DNA from: Betaproteobacteria bacterium RIFCSPLOWO2_02_FULL_67_26
GTDB taxonomy: Bacteria; Pseudomonadota; Gammaproteobacteria; Burkholderiales; SG8-41
DNA length: 64,000 nt
Direction: 5' to 3'
Assembly: GCA_001771935.1 (NCBI GenBank)
Contig: MERD01000058.1
Coordinates: 17,440-81,439 of the forward strand
Shown: in pieces, positions 1 to 8,560 of the stretch
Layout of the letters: the number at the start of each line of letters is the position of its first letter
Numbering within the stretch: the stretch's first letter is position 1
The notes under the pieces: model-generated
What the model was told of the DNA's origin: nothing
The model's database searches: none
The model's input: only the letters and a program-made list of their open reading frames with translations
Made by a program: the position numbers and the translations under genes

Positions 1-788
1 AGTCGAACAAGCTCGTGAAGCGGCTGCGGCGGCTCGCGGGTGAGGCGATCGCCGACTACGGCCTGATCGCCGACGGCGACAAGGTGATGGTGTGCCTGTC
101 CGGCGGCAAGGACAGCTACGCGCTGCTCGACGTCCTGCTGTACCTGCGGAGCCATGCGCCGATCCGCTTCGACCTGGTGGCGGTCAACCTCGACCAGAAG
201 CAGCCCGGCTTCCCGGCGCACGTGCTGCCGGACTACCTCGCGCGGCTCGGCGTGCCGTTCCGCATCGAGACACAGGACACCTACAGCACGGTGAAGCGCG
301 TCATACCCGAGGGCAAGACCATGTGCTCGCTCTGCTCGCGGCTGCGGCGCGGCGTGCTCTACCGCGTGGCGGGCGAGATCGGTGCGACGAAGATTGCGCT
401 CGGCCACCACCGGGACGATGTCCTCGAGACGTTCCTGCTGAATCTCTTCTTCAGCGGACAGGTGAAGGCGATGCCGCCGAAGCTGCGCTCCGACGACGGC
501 CGGCACGTCGTCATCCGGCCGCTCGTCTATTGCGAGGAGCGGGACCTCGCGGCGTACGCGGAGCTGAAGCAGTTCCCGATCATCCCGTGCAACCTGTGCG
601 GCTCGCAGGAGAACTTGAAGCGCAACGAGATGAAGCAGCTCCTGCGTGAATGGGAAAAGCGCCATCCGGGGCGGGTCGAGACCATGCTGAACAGCCTGAA
701 GCACGTGCGGGCGTCCCACCTGCTGGACCCCGAAGCGTTCGATTTCGAGCGTTTGCCGCCGAGCCGAGCTGCCGGTATTGTTACGTAA
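1..788 (+). CDS. ttcA: tRNA 2-thiocytidine(32) synthetase TtcA, with the 5' end outside the window
   Basis: The frame of ORF 15..788 stays open back to nt 3. It has the PP-loop motif VCLSGGKDS and Cys clusters [10 protein letters not shown] and [23 protein letters not shown] corresponds to an internal N-terminal part of TtcA. Confidence 0.9.
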   Translation, partial: SNKLVKRLRRLAGEAIADYGLIADGDKVMVCLSGGKDSYALLDVLLYLRSHAPIRFDLVAVNLDQKQPGFPAHVLPDYLARLGVPFRIETQDTYSTVKRVIPEGKTMCSLCSRLRRGVLYRVAGEIGATKIALGHHRDDVLETFLLNLFFSGQVKAMPPKLRSDDGRHVVIRPLVYCEERDLAAYAELKQFPIIPCNLCGSQENLKRNEMKQLLREWEKRHPGRVETMLNSLKHVRASHLLDPEAFDFERLPPSRAAGIVT

Positions 789-853
789 TAATATGAAAAT
801 AAACAGTTTTTATCCTGGTTTTGGCTTATCCTGTTGCTTTGTCTCGATAATGG

Positions 854-896
854 TTGTCATTAGCATTTTGTCAAATTAATCTTGTCATGGTAATCT
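854..896 (+). promoter_or_regulatory. Candidate promoter/operator: three TTGTCA hexamers at 14-bp spacing, with -35 TTGTCA, a 17-bp spacer and -10 TAATCT
   Basis: TTGTCA occurs at 854, 868 and 882. TAATCT at 891..896 ends 7 nt before ATG 904, with no Shine-Dalgarno between them. The spacer 789..903 is strikingly AT-rich compared with its flanks. Confidence 0.35.
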
Positions 897-903
897 CCGC
901 GCC

Positions 904-1170
904 ATGAACTGCGCGGAACGCCTCGTCGCCCTCTTCGGCAGCCAAGCGGAGGCCGCGCGCCAGTTGCGGCTCGACCGCGCGGTGGTCAGCAACTGGGTGA
1001 AATCCGGCTACGTGCCGGCGCGCTGGGCGACGGAAGTGGAGGCGCTGACCTCCGGCCAGATCGCCGCGCTCGAGATCCTCAACGAAGCCACCGCCTGCAA
1101 GCCGCTCCGGCTGAAGTCCCGGCCGGACGGGGAAAGCCTTTTCGGTTCACCGCTCACAGGGAAAAACACC
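904..1170 (+). CDS. Cro/YdaS-like helix-turn-helix domain ORF with no stop codon before the downstream aminotransferase frame
   Basis: The first ~62 aa (SQAEAARQLRLDRAVVSNWVKSGYVPARWATEVEALTSG) resemble small Cro/YdaS-type HTH proteins. Third-position GC is host-like. The ORF is in frame with 1171..2424. Confidence 0.5.
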
Positions 1171-2424
1171 ATGAACGCCTACGCCCCCGCCAAGCGCATC
1201 ACCTCCTTCCACCCGCCGCAACGCACGCTCATGGGGCCGGGACCCACCGAGATCCATCCGCGCGTGCTCACCACCATGAGCCAGCCGGCGATCGGCTACC
1301 TCGACCCGGTGTTCGTCGAGATGATGGAAGAGCTGAAGGCGCTGCTGCGCTACGTCTACCAGACGAAGAACCCGCTGACGTTCCCGATCTCGGGCCCCGG
1401 CTCGGTCGGCATGGAGTACTGCTTCGTCAACCTGGTCGCGCCGGGCGACAAGGTGATCGTGTGCCGCAACGGCGTGTTCGGCGGGCGCATGATCGAGAAC
1501 GTCGAGCGCTGCGGCGGCACGGCGGTGGTGGTCGAGGACAAGTGGGGCGAGCCGGTGGACCCGCAGAAGCTCGAGGACGCGCTGAAGAAGAACCGCGACG
1601 CGCGCGTGGTCGCCTTCGTGCACGCGGAAACCTCGACCGGGGTGCAATCGGATGCGCAAGCGCTGGTCGCGATCGCGCACCAGTACGACGCGCTGACGAT
1701 CGTGGACGCCGTGACCTCGCTCGGCGGCACGCCGGTGCTGGTGGACGAGTGGAAGGTGGACGCGATCTATTCGGCGAGCCAGAAGTGCCTGTCGTGCACG
1801 CCGGGGCTGTCGCCGGTGTCGTTCTCCGAGCGCGTGGTCGAGTACGTGAAATCGCGCAAGGACAAGATCCATTCCTGGTTCATGGACATGAACCTGCTGC
1901 TCGGCTACTGGGGCGCGACCAACCGCACCTATCACCATACCGCGCCGACCAATGCGCTGTTCGCGCTGCACGAGGCGCTGCTGCTCATCAACGAGGAAGG
2001 GCTGGAGAACAGCTGGGCGCGGCACCGGCGGCACCACACGGCGCTCAAGGCCGGGCTGGAGGCGATGGGCCTCAGGTTCCTGGTGAAGCCGGAGCACCAG
2101 TTGCCGCAGATGAACGCGGTGCTCTGCCCGGAAGGCGTGGACGAAGCGAAGGTGCGGCGCACGCTGCTGACCGAGTTCAACCTCGAGATCGGCGCCGGGC
2201 TCGGGCCGCTCGCCGGCAAGATCTGGCGCTTTGGCCTCCTCGGCTACTCGTGCCGCCCGGACAACGTCATGCTGTGCCTGTCCGCCCTCGGCTCGGTGCT
2301 CGAGGACATGGGCTACGCGGTGCACGTGGGCGACGCGGAGGCCGCGGCGCACGCGGCCTATGCGGCCATGCACGCCAAGGCGGCGCAGGCCAAAGCCAAG
2401 ACCCGGGCCAAAGCCGCCGCCTGA
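1171..2424 (+). CDS. Class V aminotransferase (serine-glyoxylate / alanine-glyoxylate aminotransferase family)
   Basis: There is an internal ATG at 1171 preceded by a weak AGGGA. It has the family N-terminus LMGPGPTEIHPRVL, the PLP-lysine context YSASQKCLS, and an Ala/Lys-rich C-terminal tail. Confidence 0.85.
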   Translation: MNAYAPAKRITSFHPPQRTLMGPGPTEIHPRVLTTMSQPAIGYLDPVFVEMMEELKALLRYVYQTKNPLTFPISGPGSVGMEYCFVNLVAPGDKVIVCRNGVFGGRMIENVERCGGTAVVVEDKWGEPVDPQKLEDALKKNRDARVVAFVHAETSTGVQSDAQALVAIAHQYDALTIVDAVTSLGGTPVLVDEWKVDAIYSASQKCLSCTPGLSPVSFSERVVEYVKSRKDKIHSWFMDMNLLLGYWGATNRTYHHTAPTNALFALHEALLLINEEGLENSWARHRRHHTALKAGLEAMGLRFLVKPEHQLPQMNAVLCPEGVDEAKVRRTLLTEFNLEIGAGLGPLAGKIWRFGLLGYSCRPDNVMLCLSALGSVLEDMGYAVHVGDAEAAAHAAYAAMHAKAAQAKAKTRAKAAA

Positions 2425-2503
2425 GCGCCGCCGCCCCCTTTTTCATAGGGGAAATGGGGTGTGAGTTAGTGGTCACTTCAGGCGGATTCGAGGCGCCTGC
2501 GGG

Positions 2504-3742
2504 CTACCGGATCAGCAGGGTCGCGAGACCCAGCAGCATGCCCATGCTCACCACGTCGGTCGCGGTGGTGAGGAAGATGCTGGAGGCGGTGGCGGGGTCG
2601 AGCCCGAAGCGCTTGAGCGTGAGCGGGATCATCGCGCCGCAGACGCCGCTGATGACGCAGGCGCCGACCAGCGCGATCCACACCACGAGGCCGAGCAGCA
2701 TGGCGTTCGGGCTGCCCTGGTACACCGCGACGAGCAGCATGCCCAGTCCCGCGACGAGGCCGGTCAGCGAGCCGTTGTAGAAGCCGAGCCAGGCTTCCTT
2801 GGTGACGAGCGATCGCTCCTTCCCGGCCTTGAGCTCCCCCAGCGTCATGCCGCGCAGCGTGACGGCCAGCGCCTGGCAGCCGGTGTTGCCGGACTGGCCG
2901 GCAAGTATCGGCAGGAACAGCGCGAGGATCACCAGCCGGTCCACCGTGTCCTGGAAGAGGGCGACCACCGCGCCGGCCGCGAAAGCGGTGAGCAGGTTCA
3001 ACTGCAGCCAGGGATGGCGGAACTTGAAGCTCTGGCCGATGGGCGTGACGAGGCGCTCCTCTTTCTCGACGCCGAACGTGGTGCCCACCTGCGCCGTGAT
3101 CTCGAACGCCTGCTCCTCGAACATCGCCTGCCCGCGCACCAGCCCCAGCAGCACGCCGTTCGCGTCGCACACCGGGTAGACCGGGTAGTGGCGGTCGAGC
3201 ACCTGCTTCATCGCCTCGTTGAGCGGCGTCTCGGGCCGGAGAGTGAACACGTCCCGGTGCATCAGCGTCTCGAGCCGCGCGTCGTCGTCGGCGAACAGCA
3301 GGTCGCGCATCGTGATGAGGCCGCACAGGCTGCCGTTCTCGTCGATCACGTAGCCGTAGGTGATGAACGCGACCTTGAGCAGCGCGCGCAGCCGGTCCAC
3401 GGTCTGGGCGACGGTCATCGCGGGGTGGAACACGGCGTACGCGGGCTCCATCAGCCGCCCGACGCTGGCCTGGGCGTAGGTCTGGTTGCGCTGCCACTGG
3501 AGCGCAAACTCGGAGGACGCGGCCTGCATCACCGCGTCGGCCAGGCCGCCGGGCAGCTCGGCCAGTATGTCCTGCGCGAAACCGGGATTGATCTCGAGCA
3601 GCACCGCGGCGATCACCGGCGCCGGGTGCTCGCCGATCAACACCGCCGCGTCCGGCGCCGAGCGCGCCTTGACCTCGGGGATGAGCGCCTTGTGCGGCGG
3701 CTCCTGCGGGCTTGCTGGTGTGCCGGAAGTTTCAGATTGCAC
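2504..3742 (-). CDS. mgtE: Magnesium transporter MgtE
   Basis: It has an MgtE N-domain and a CBS pair (ITMRDLL, VCDANGVLLGLV). The C-terminal channel domain carries GQSGNTG and DPATASSIFLTTATDV. Confidence 0.9.
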   Translation of the reverse strand: MQSETSGTPASPQEPPHKALIPEVKARSAPDAAVLIGEHPAPVIAAVLLEINPGFAQDILAELPGGLADAVMQAASSEFALQWQRNQTYAQASVGRLMEPAYAVFHPAMTVAQTVDRLRALLKVAFITYGYVIDENGSLCGLITMRDLLFADDDARLETLMHRDVFTLRPETPLNEAMKQVLDRHYPVYPVCDANGVLLGLVRGQAMFEEQAFEITAQVGTTFGVEKEERLVTPIGQSFKFRHPWLQLNLLTAFAAGAVVALFQDTVDRLVILALFLPILAGQSGNTGCQALAVTLRGMTLGELKAGKERSLVTKEAWLGFYNGSLTGLVAGLGMLLVAVYQGSPNAMLLGLVVWIALVGACVISGVCGAMIPLTLKRFGLDPATASSIFLTTATDVVSMGMLLGLATLLIR

Positions 3743-3768
3743 AATACCTCCCTGTTGAGGTCAGAAAG

Positions 3769-4890
3769 CTAGACCAAGGTGCGAAGCAGATCGATTGCGG
3801 GGGCGACACGCACGCCATCCGGACTGAGGTAATCCCTGCCGCCGACAGCCGAAATTTGCCACGCGTGGGCGTCGGGAAACCGTGTCTTGAGATAGCGGAG
3901 ATTGCGGTCCGGCTCCGCGTCCGACCACTTGCATTCAACAAGCAGGCGCGGCCGGCGGGCGTCGGTCACCACGAAATCCACCTCCCGGCCCTCGACATCG
4001 CGAAAGTAGCGCAATTCGAGATCGCGGCCCTGCGTGTCTTCTCCGAAATGGACCCATTTGAGCAGGTGGCAGGCGACCAGGTTCTCGAAGCGGGCCGCGT
4101 CCTGCGGCACGACCGACCAGTCGAGATGATAGTGTTTCCGTGCTTTCTTGACGGCGTGGATGCGCGGTGCGCCGAGCGGCGCGACGCGAAAAACCGCGTA
4201 TAGCCTTTCCAGGGCGCCGATCCAGCTCTCGACCGCCTTGTGGCTCACCTGCAGGTCTTCCCGCAGCGCGTTGACCGAAAGGGGCGAGCCGACCAGTTCC
4301 GGCAGCCGCAACATCAGGAGCTCGAGGTGACCCAGGTCCTGGATGCGCTCGAGCGCGGTGATTTCCTCGCGCACGAGCAGCGTGCGGTACTCGCGCGACC
4401 AGCGCCGCGCCTCGGTCTCGCTGCCCGAGAAGTACGGCTCGGGAAAACCGCCGAGCCGCAACAACTGCAGAAAATCCTGCGCCCGGGCAATGCCGAGTTC
4501 GGCGACGGAGAGCGGGTGCAGGCGCAGCAGGTGGTAGCGGCCCTGCAGCGAGTCGCCGCCAAAGCGGTAGAGGTCAAGCCGACCGCTGCCGGTGACGAGG
4601 ACCTTCTGCCCGCGCGGCCGGCCGTCGTACAGGCCCTTGAGGTAGTTGCGCCAGCGGCGGTACTTGTGGATCTCGTCGAGGATCCAGAGGCCGGCTGCCG
4701 GCAGCTCTCCCCGCAGAATGCGCTCGCGGTGCTCGGCGATGTCCCAGTTGAGATAACCGCGCGCCGCCCCGGGGAGGCTCAGGGCGAGCGTGGTCTTGCC
4801 GACCTGGCGCGGCCCCGCGACGAGCACCATCTTGCGCGCAAGATCGCGTCGCACGGCGGCCTGGAGATAGCGGGAAACGCGCCTGGCCAT
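3769..4890 (-). CDS. AAA+ ATPase with a DUF4143-type C-terminal domain
   Basis: Walker A is GPRQVGKTT. The C-terminal region has a PD-(D/E)xK-like motif, EVDFVV...LVECKWS. The architecture is typical of COG1373-type ATPases. Confidence 0.8.
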   Translation of the reverse strand: MARRVSRYLQAAVRRDLARKMVLVAGPRQVGKTTLALSLPGAARGYLNWDIAEHRERILRGELPAAGLWILDEIHKYRRWRNYLKGLYDGRPRGQKVLVTGSGRLDLYRFGGDSLQGRYHLLRLHPLSVAELGIARAQDFLQLLRLGGFPEPYFSGSETEARRWSREYRTLLVREEITALERIQDLGHLELLMLRLPELVGSPLSVNALREDLQVSHKAVESWIGALERLYAVFRVAPLGAPRIHAVKKARKHYHLDWSVVPQDAARFENLVACHLLKWVHFGEDTQGRDLELRYFRDVEGREVDFVVTDARRPRLLVECKWSDAEPDRNLRYLKTRFPDAHAWQISAVGGRDYLSPDGVRVAPAIDLLRTLV

Positions 4891-4995
4891 GCGCGCAGGT
4901 TACCCGATGTTTATCCCATAGTCAAAAAATCAGTATATCTATTTCTCCTATGGTCGAAAAATCTGGAACACCAACGACCGGTCACTGATTACCCG

Positions 4996-5016
4996 TCGTC
5001 ACCGGTCACGCGTCAC
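4996..5016 (-). repeat. Three tandem heptamers (GTGACGC GTGACCG GTGACGA on the minus strand), each containing TGA
   Basis: Minus-strand TGA triplets lie at 5015..5013, 5008..5006 and 5001..4999, a period of 7. The first is the stop codon of the metF remnant. Confidence 0.6.
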
Positions 5017-5084
5017 AAGCCCAGTCGCTGCCAGATGGTGGTGGTGAGCCCGGCCTGGTTGAGGGTGTAGAAGTGGAGTCCGGG
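5013..5084 (-). pseudogene. metF: Orphan 3'-terminal fragment of metF (23 codons plus stop); direct-repeat copy A
   Basis: It translates to PGLHFYTLNQAGLTTTIWQRLGL-stop, identical to the C-terminus of the intact metF. A 47-nt core at 5029..5075 is identical to 16124..16170. The remaining differences are synonymous third-position changes. Confidence 0.85.
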
Positions 5085-5173
5085 CGAGCGGGGGAAAAGG
5101 GGTCAGGAACCTTTAATCGGTCAGGACTGTGAGATGCGGGGGCCGAAAGAGGCTCGTGACCCCTATTCCATCC

Positions 5174-6778
5174 CTAAAGGCTCACCGTATCTTCGTAGAA
5201 ACGGTAGCGGTTCCGGCCGCTCTGCTTGGCCTGGTACATGGCTTCGTCGGCGCGGCGGATCAGATCGTCCTTGGTTGCGGTCCCGCCGTCGAATACGGCG
5301 GCGCCGACGCTCGCGCCGACGTTCGCGCGCATGCCGCCCGTGATCGCAATCGGTTCGCCGACCGCACTGATGATCTTGGAGGCGATGCGCTCGACGCTCT
5401 CCCGGTCGTGAACCCCATCGAGCAGGACGACGAACTCATCGCCGCCCAGGCGGCCGACGAAATCCGACTTCCTGACCGCGTTCTCGAGTCGCCGCGCGAC
5501 GACGACCAGCACCTCGTCGCCGGCGTGGTGGCCGTAGCTATCGTTGACCTGCTTGAACCAGTCGAGGTCCATCATCAGCAGCACGAAGCGGCGCACCGGC
5601 GCGCGGCTGCTCGCGTCGATCATCCGCTCGAGCCGTCTCTCAAAAGCCAGGCGATTGCCCAGGCTCGTGAGGCGGTCGGTCACGGCCAGCTCCTGCGCCG
5701 CCTCCTCCGCGCGCTTCCGCTCGGTGACGTCGTTGACGACGCCCTGGATACGATTGTCCTCGACGGGGCTCAAGACCACGCTGACCCAACGCTTTGGCAA
5801 CCCGGGCGCGCCGCCGAGCCTGAAATCCTGTCCGGTGGATTTCCGTTCCACGACGCACCGCGAGATCAGCATCGCGCCTTCGTCACGATGCTCGCCGAGG
5901 AGATCGGCGAACATCGACGGGAGCCCCTGCGAGGCGGAGGGTTCCGGCAAACCGAAGAACTGCGCGAAAGCCGGGTTCCACGAGATCATGCGCCCGGACT
6001 CATCGAGCAGGAAAATTCCGGTGTCGGCGTGCTCGAAGATCGTGCGGAATTTCTTTTCCTCGATTTCGTGCAGGAGGCGCAGTCCCCGTTCCTCGCCGAG
6101 GATGCTGACCAGGTAGTCGACCATCGCGTTGACGTCGCGCACGAGCTGCCCGATCTCGTCGGTCTCGCTGCCCCGGGGGATCTCCAACTTCTGTCCCGTT
6201 TCCGCGCGCAGCTCGTGCAGCCGTGCGGAGATCCGCGAAATCGGCCGGGTGATGAAGCGAATGACGACCGCCACGACGGCCGCCCCGGTGAAGACCATCT
6301 GCACCGCGAGTAGGAGCGAGATGAAGCGGGTCGCGGCGAGAACGTTGTTCCGGATCTCGGCGGCATCGGGAACCAGCGCAATCTGGCCGACGATATCGCC
6401 GCGATCGAACGGCGAGACGACATTGCGCACGAGCGGTTCCGGCGGCTTTGCCGAGGCGGCGCCGGCCGCCGGCGTCCTGCCGCGGTGGGCGATCCGCTCG
6501 CCCCCCGCGTAGACCGTGACCGCGCCGACCGTGCGGTTGCTGATGAGCCCCAGCGCGACCTCGTCCGCAAGCTGCCTATCGGAGAGAAAGCAGGCGATGC
6601 TCGCCGTGCGCTGCACGGTTTCGAGCAGTTCGTTGAGTCTCGCCTGCTGATCGGCGCCCGCCTGCCGTTCCGTGAGGGCGATCGCGATCGAGAGAAACAC
6701 GATTCCCACCAGGCCGACGATGGCGAGTATGACCGCCGTGCTGCGTGCCGCGATACTGGTGTGAAAGAGGCTCGCCAT
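5174..6778 (-). CDS. Membrane sensor diguanylate cyclase (2 TM, HAMP, PAS, GGDEF)
   Basis: Two hydrophobic segments flank a ~115-aa periplasmic loop. A HAMP-like linker and a PAS domain follow. The GGDEF active site is RLGGDEFVVLL. Confidence 0.9.
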   Translation of the reverse strand: MASLFHTSIAARSTAVILAIVGLVGIVFLSIAIALTERQAGADQQARLNELLETVQRTASIACFLSDRQLADEVALGLISNRTVGAVTVYAGGERIAHRGRTPAAGAASAKPPEPLVRNVVSPFDRGDIVGQIALVPDAAEIRNNVLAATRFISLLLAVQMVFTGAAVVAVVIRFITRPISRISARLHELRAETGQKLEIPRGSETDEIGQLVRDVNAMVDYLVSILGEERGLRLLHEIEEKKFRTIFEHADTGIFLLDESGRMISWNPAFAQFFGLPEPSASQGLPSMFADLLGEHRDEGAMLISRCVVERKSTGQDFRLGGAPGLPKRWVSVVLSPVEDNRIQGVVNDVTERKRAEEAAQELAVTDRLTSLGNRLAFERRLERMIDASSRAPVRRFVLLMMDLDWFKQVNDSYGHHAGDEVLVVVARRLENAVRKSDFVGRLGGDEFVVLLDGVHDRESVERIASKIISAVGEPIAITGGMRANVGASVGAAVFDGGTATKDDLIRRADEAMYQAKQSGRNRYRFYEDTVSL

Positions 6779-6804
6779 CGTATCGCCTTGGAGGTCGCGC
6801 CGCC

Positions 6805-7224
6805 CTATTGCGCCAGCTCGAGAACGACCTTCACCCGGCTGCTGAGCTTCTTCTTGTCGATGTAGCCGATCGCCCCCTTGTTGTTGACGATGGTTTCGAT
6901 GACCTCCGCCGCGCTTTCCATCTGGCGCGGCGGCGAGCCCTGACCCGAAAACACGAGCCGCGCCCAGTAGGAGTGGATTTCCGGCAGCTCCTTGCCGACG
7001 AGCGCCTTGTAGAACGCCGCTTTCTCGCCGCTCTCGTCCACCGGCAGCGCGGCGATGCCGGAGGGCAGCTTCTTGTAGCGCCCCATGAAGATGTTGACGG
7101 CCTCCTCGCGCGTGAGCTTGTCCACGCCGCTGCCGGCGTTCGCGATCACCACCAGGTCACCCGCGGTGGCGGCGGGACTGGCAAGTAGCAGACCGGCAAC
7201 CAGAAGGGACGCGGCGCGATTCAC
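6805..7224 (-). CDS. Small periplasmic PstS/PBP-like protein (about 140 aa)
   Basis: It has a signal peptide, LLVAGLLLASPAATA. LVVIAN and the C-terminal GAIGYID motif are typical of phosphate-binding-protein-like folds. It lies 9 nt after the upstream gene and 26 nt before the GGDEF gene. Confidence 0.6.
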   Translation of the reverse strand: MNRAASLLVAGLLLASPAATAGDLVVIANAGSGVDKLTREEAVNIFMGRYKKLPSGIAALPVDESGEKAAFYKALVGKELPEIHSYWARLVFSGQGSPPRQMESAAEVIETIVNNKGAIGYIDKKKLSSRVKVVLELAQ

Positions 7225-7233
7225 GTGCGGGGC

Positions 7234-8478
7234 CTAGAAGACGAAATCCAGCGCGATGCTGAATACCGTCGCGCGCCCGTTCCAGCCGGGCTGGGGATCG
7301 CGCCAGAGGAACGCGGCGTTGTCAATGACACGGACCTGGTCAATCTGGATCTTCAGGTCCATGTTGCGCATGAAGTCGTAGCGCACCCCGAGCGAAAGCG
7401 TGCGCTGGCGGCTTTGCGCCGATGCGAGCGACGCTGCTACCGCACTGTCGAGCGGGTTGGGTGTCGGCAAGCCGGTCCCGCGCGGCTGCACTGCCTCCGA
7501 TCGCGTTCCGGAAAGGGTCACGAACGGCGTCCACTGTCCGGTCCGGTAGCCGAGGAGGAAATATCCGGAATCCTTCCGCGGGTACGCCAGCGTGTCGGAG
7601 GTGAGGCGATTGAACATCAGTTGCGATTGCCAGGGCCCGTGCTCGTAAACGGCGCCCAACGAGACGATTTCCAGGGTCTTGTCCGCGAGCGAGAGCTCGG
7701 CGGCGAGGGCCGCCGCCGAAGGCAGCCCGGTTGCGCGCAGCGCGGCGAGGAGCGGAACGAAAGCCGGCAACTCGTTCTCGATGTCGACGGTGGTGTATCC
7801 CGCCCGGAACAGCCATTCCCCCTTCTGGTAGTCGAGGTTGGCGCCCACGACTCGCGTCCCGGCCAGATCGTAGTCGGGGCTCGGAGGGGAGGGGACCTTC
7901 TGATCGGCGCGCCCGCCGTAGAGCTTGGCCGACGCAAGCCCGCCACCGAGCTCGTGCTTGACGACGACATCGGCCCCGTCGATATGCGAGATCTGTAGCT
8001 GTCCGAAATAGTCCACGGGCGGCCGCACCCAGAGGTACGAGTAGCCGACGTTGCGCGAATCGGAGAGCATGTATACGTCCCAGCCGAGGCGTCCCGCGCG
8101 AGCCTTCCATCCGGGATTGGGCGCATAGCTGACGAACGCCCAGGTCAGCTCGGGCCTGTAGCTGCTGGCATAGTTGTAGTAGCTGACGGCCTGGACCACA
8201 CCCTCGATCTCGGCAGTCGGTCGAACACTGACCTGCAGGCCGAGCCGGGAGTCGGTATTGCCGCTCCACCCGCTTGCGACCCCGTGCGGCTGGAGGATGT
8301 CGCGGATGAACTCCGCCCCTCCGGTGCTGTTGCGGGTCATGCCCGCAGTGCCGAAGCCGCTGAACGAGAGGGCGCTTTCGGGCTTGAGCCCGTCGGCATG
8401 CACGCCCAGCGGAAAGAGGAACGCGGAAAGGCAAAGCGCATGCACTCGGCGTCGAATGGCATTCATGCCACGTTTCAT
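7234..8478 (-). CDS. Outer-membrane beta-barrel (porin-like) protein of unassigned family
   Basis: The signal peptide ends FLFPLGVHA-DG. The sequence shows an alternating beta-strand pattern and a terminal aromatic signature, IALDFVF. I chose ATG 8478, which follows AAGGAGG; the ORF itself is open to GTG 8508. Confidence 0.65.
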   Translation of the reverse strand: MKRGMNAIRRRVHALCLSAFLFPLGVHADGLKPESALSFSGFGTAGMTRNSTGGAEFIRDILQPHGVASGWSGNTDSRLGLQVSVRPTAEIEGVVQAVSYYNYASSYRPELTWAFVSYAPNPGWKARAGRLGWDVYMLSDSRNVGYSYLWVRPPVDYFGQLQISHIDGADVVVKHELGGGLASAKLYGGRADQKVPSPPSPDYDLAGTRVVGANLDYQKGEWLFRAGYTTVDIENELPAFVPLLAALRATGLPSAAALAAELSLADKTLEIVSLGAVYEHGPWQSQLMFNRLTSDTLAYPRKDSGYFLLGYRTGQWTPFVTLSGTRSEAVQPRGTGLPTPNPLDSAVAASLASAQSRQRTLSLGVRYDFMRNMDLKIQIDQVRVIDNAAFLWRDPQPGWNGRATVFSIALDFVF

Positions 8479-8560
8479 GGGTTTTCGAGCCTCCTTGCAG
8501 AGCGGCACGAGGGGGAGTTTCGCCCTTGATCCATATCAAGAATTGCCGATTCCCGGCTGC

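Noticed and set aside
1147-2373. A 408-aa antisense ORF and several other long alternative-frame ORFs overlap the aminotransferase gene.
   Set aside because: They are Arg/Ala/Pro/Gly-rich translations typical of the non-coding frames of high-GC DNA, they have no recognisable motifs, and they fully overlap a well-supported gene.
2425-2503. A degenerate heptamer-like stretch (ATGGGGT GTGAGTT AGTGGTC) follows the aminotransferase stop.
   Set aside because: The periodicity and TGA phasing are not clear enough to include it with the period-7 arrays.
3769-4890. I considered the DUF4143 AAA+ ATPase as part of a defence system.
   Set aside because: It is a single gene with no partner nuclease, methylase or other defence-associated gene nearby. 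Neither its mgtE neighbour nor the signalling cargo of the adjacent 11-kb insert supports a system.
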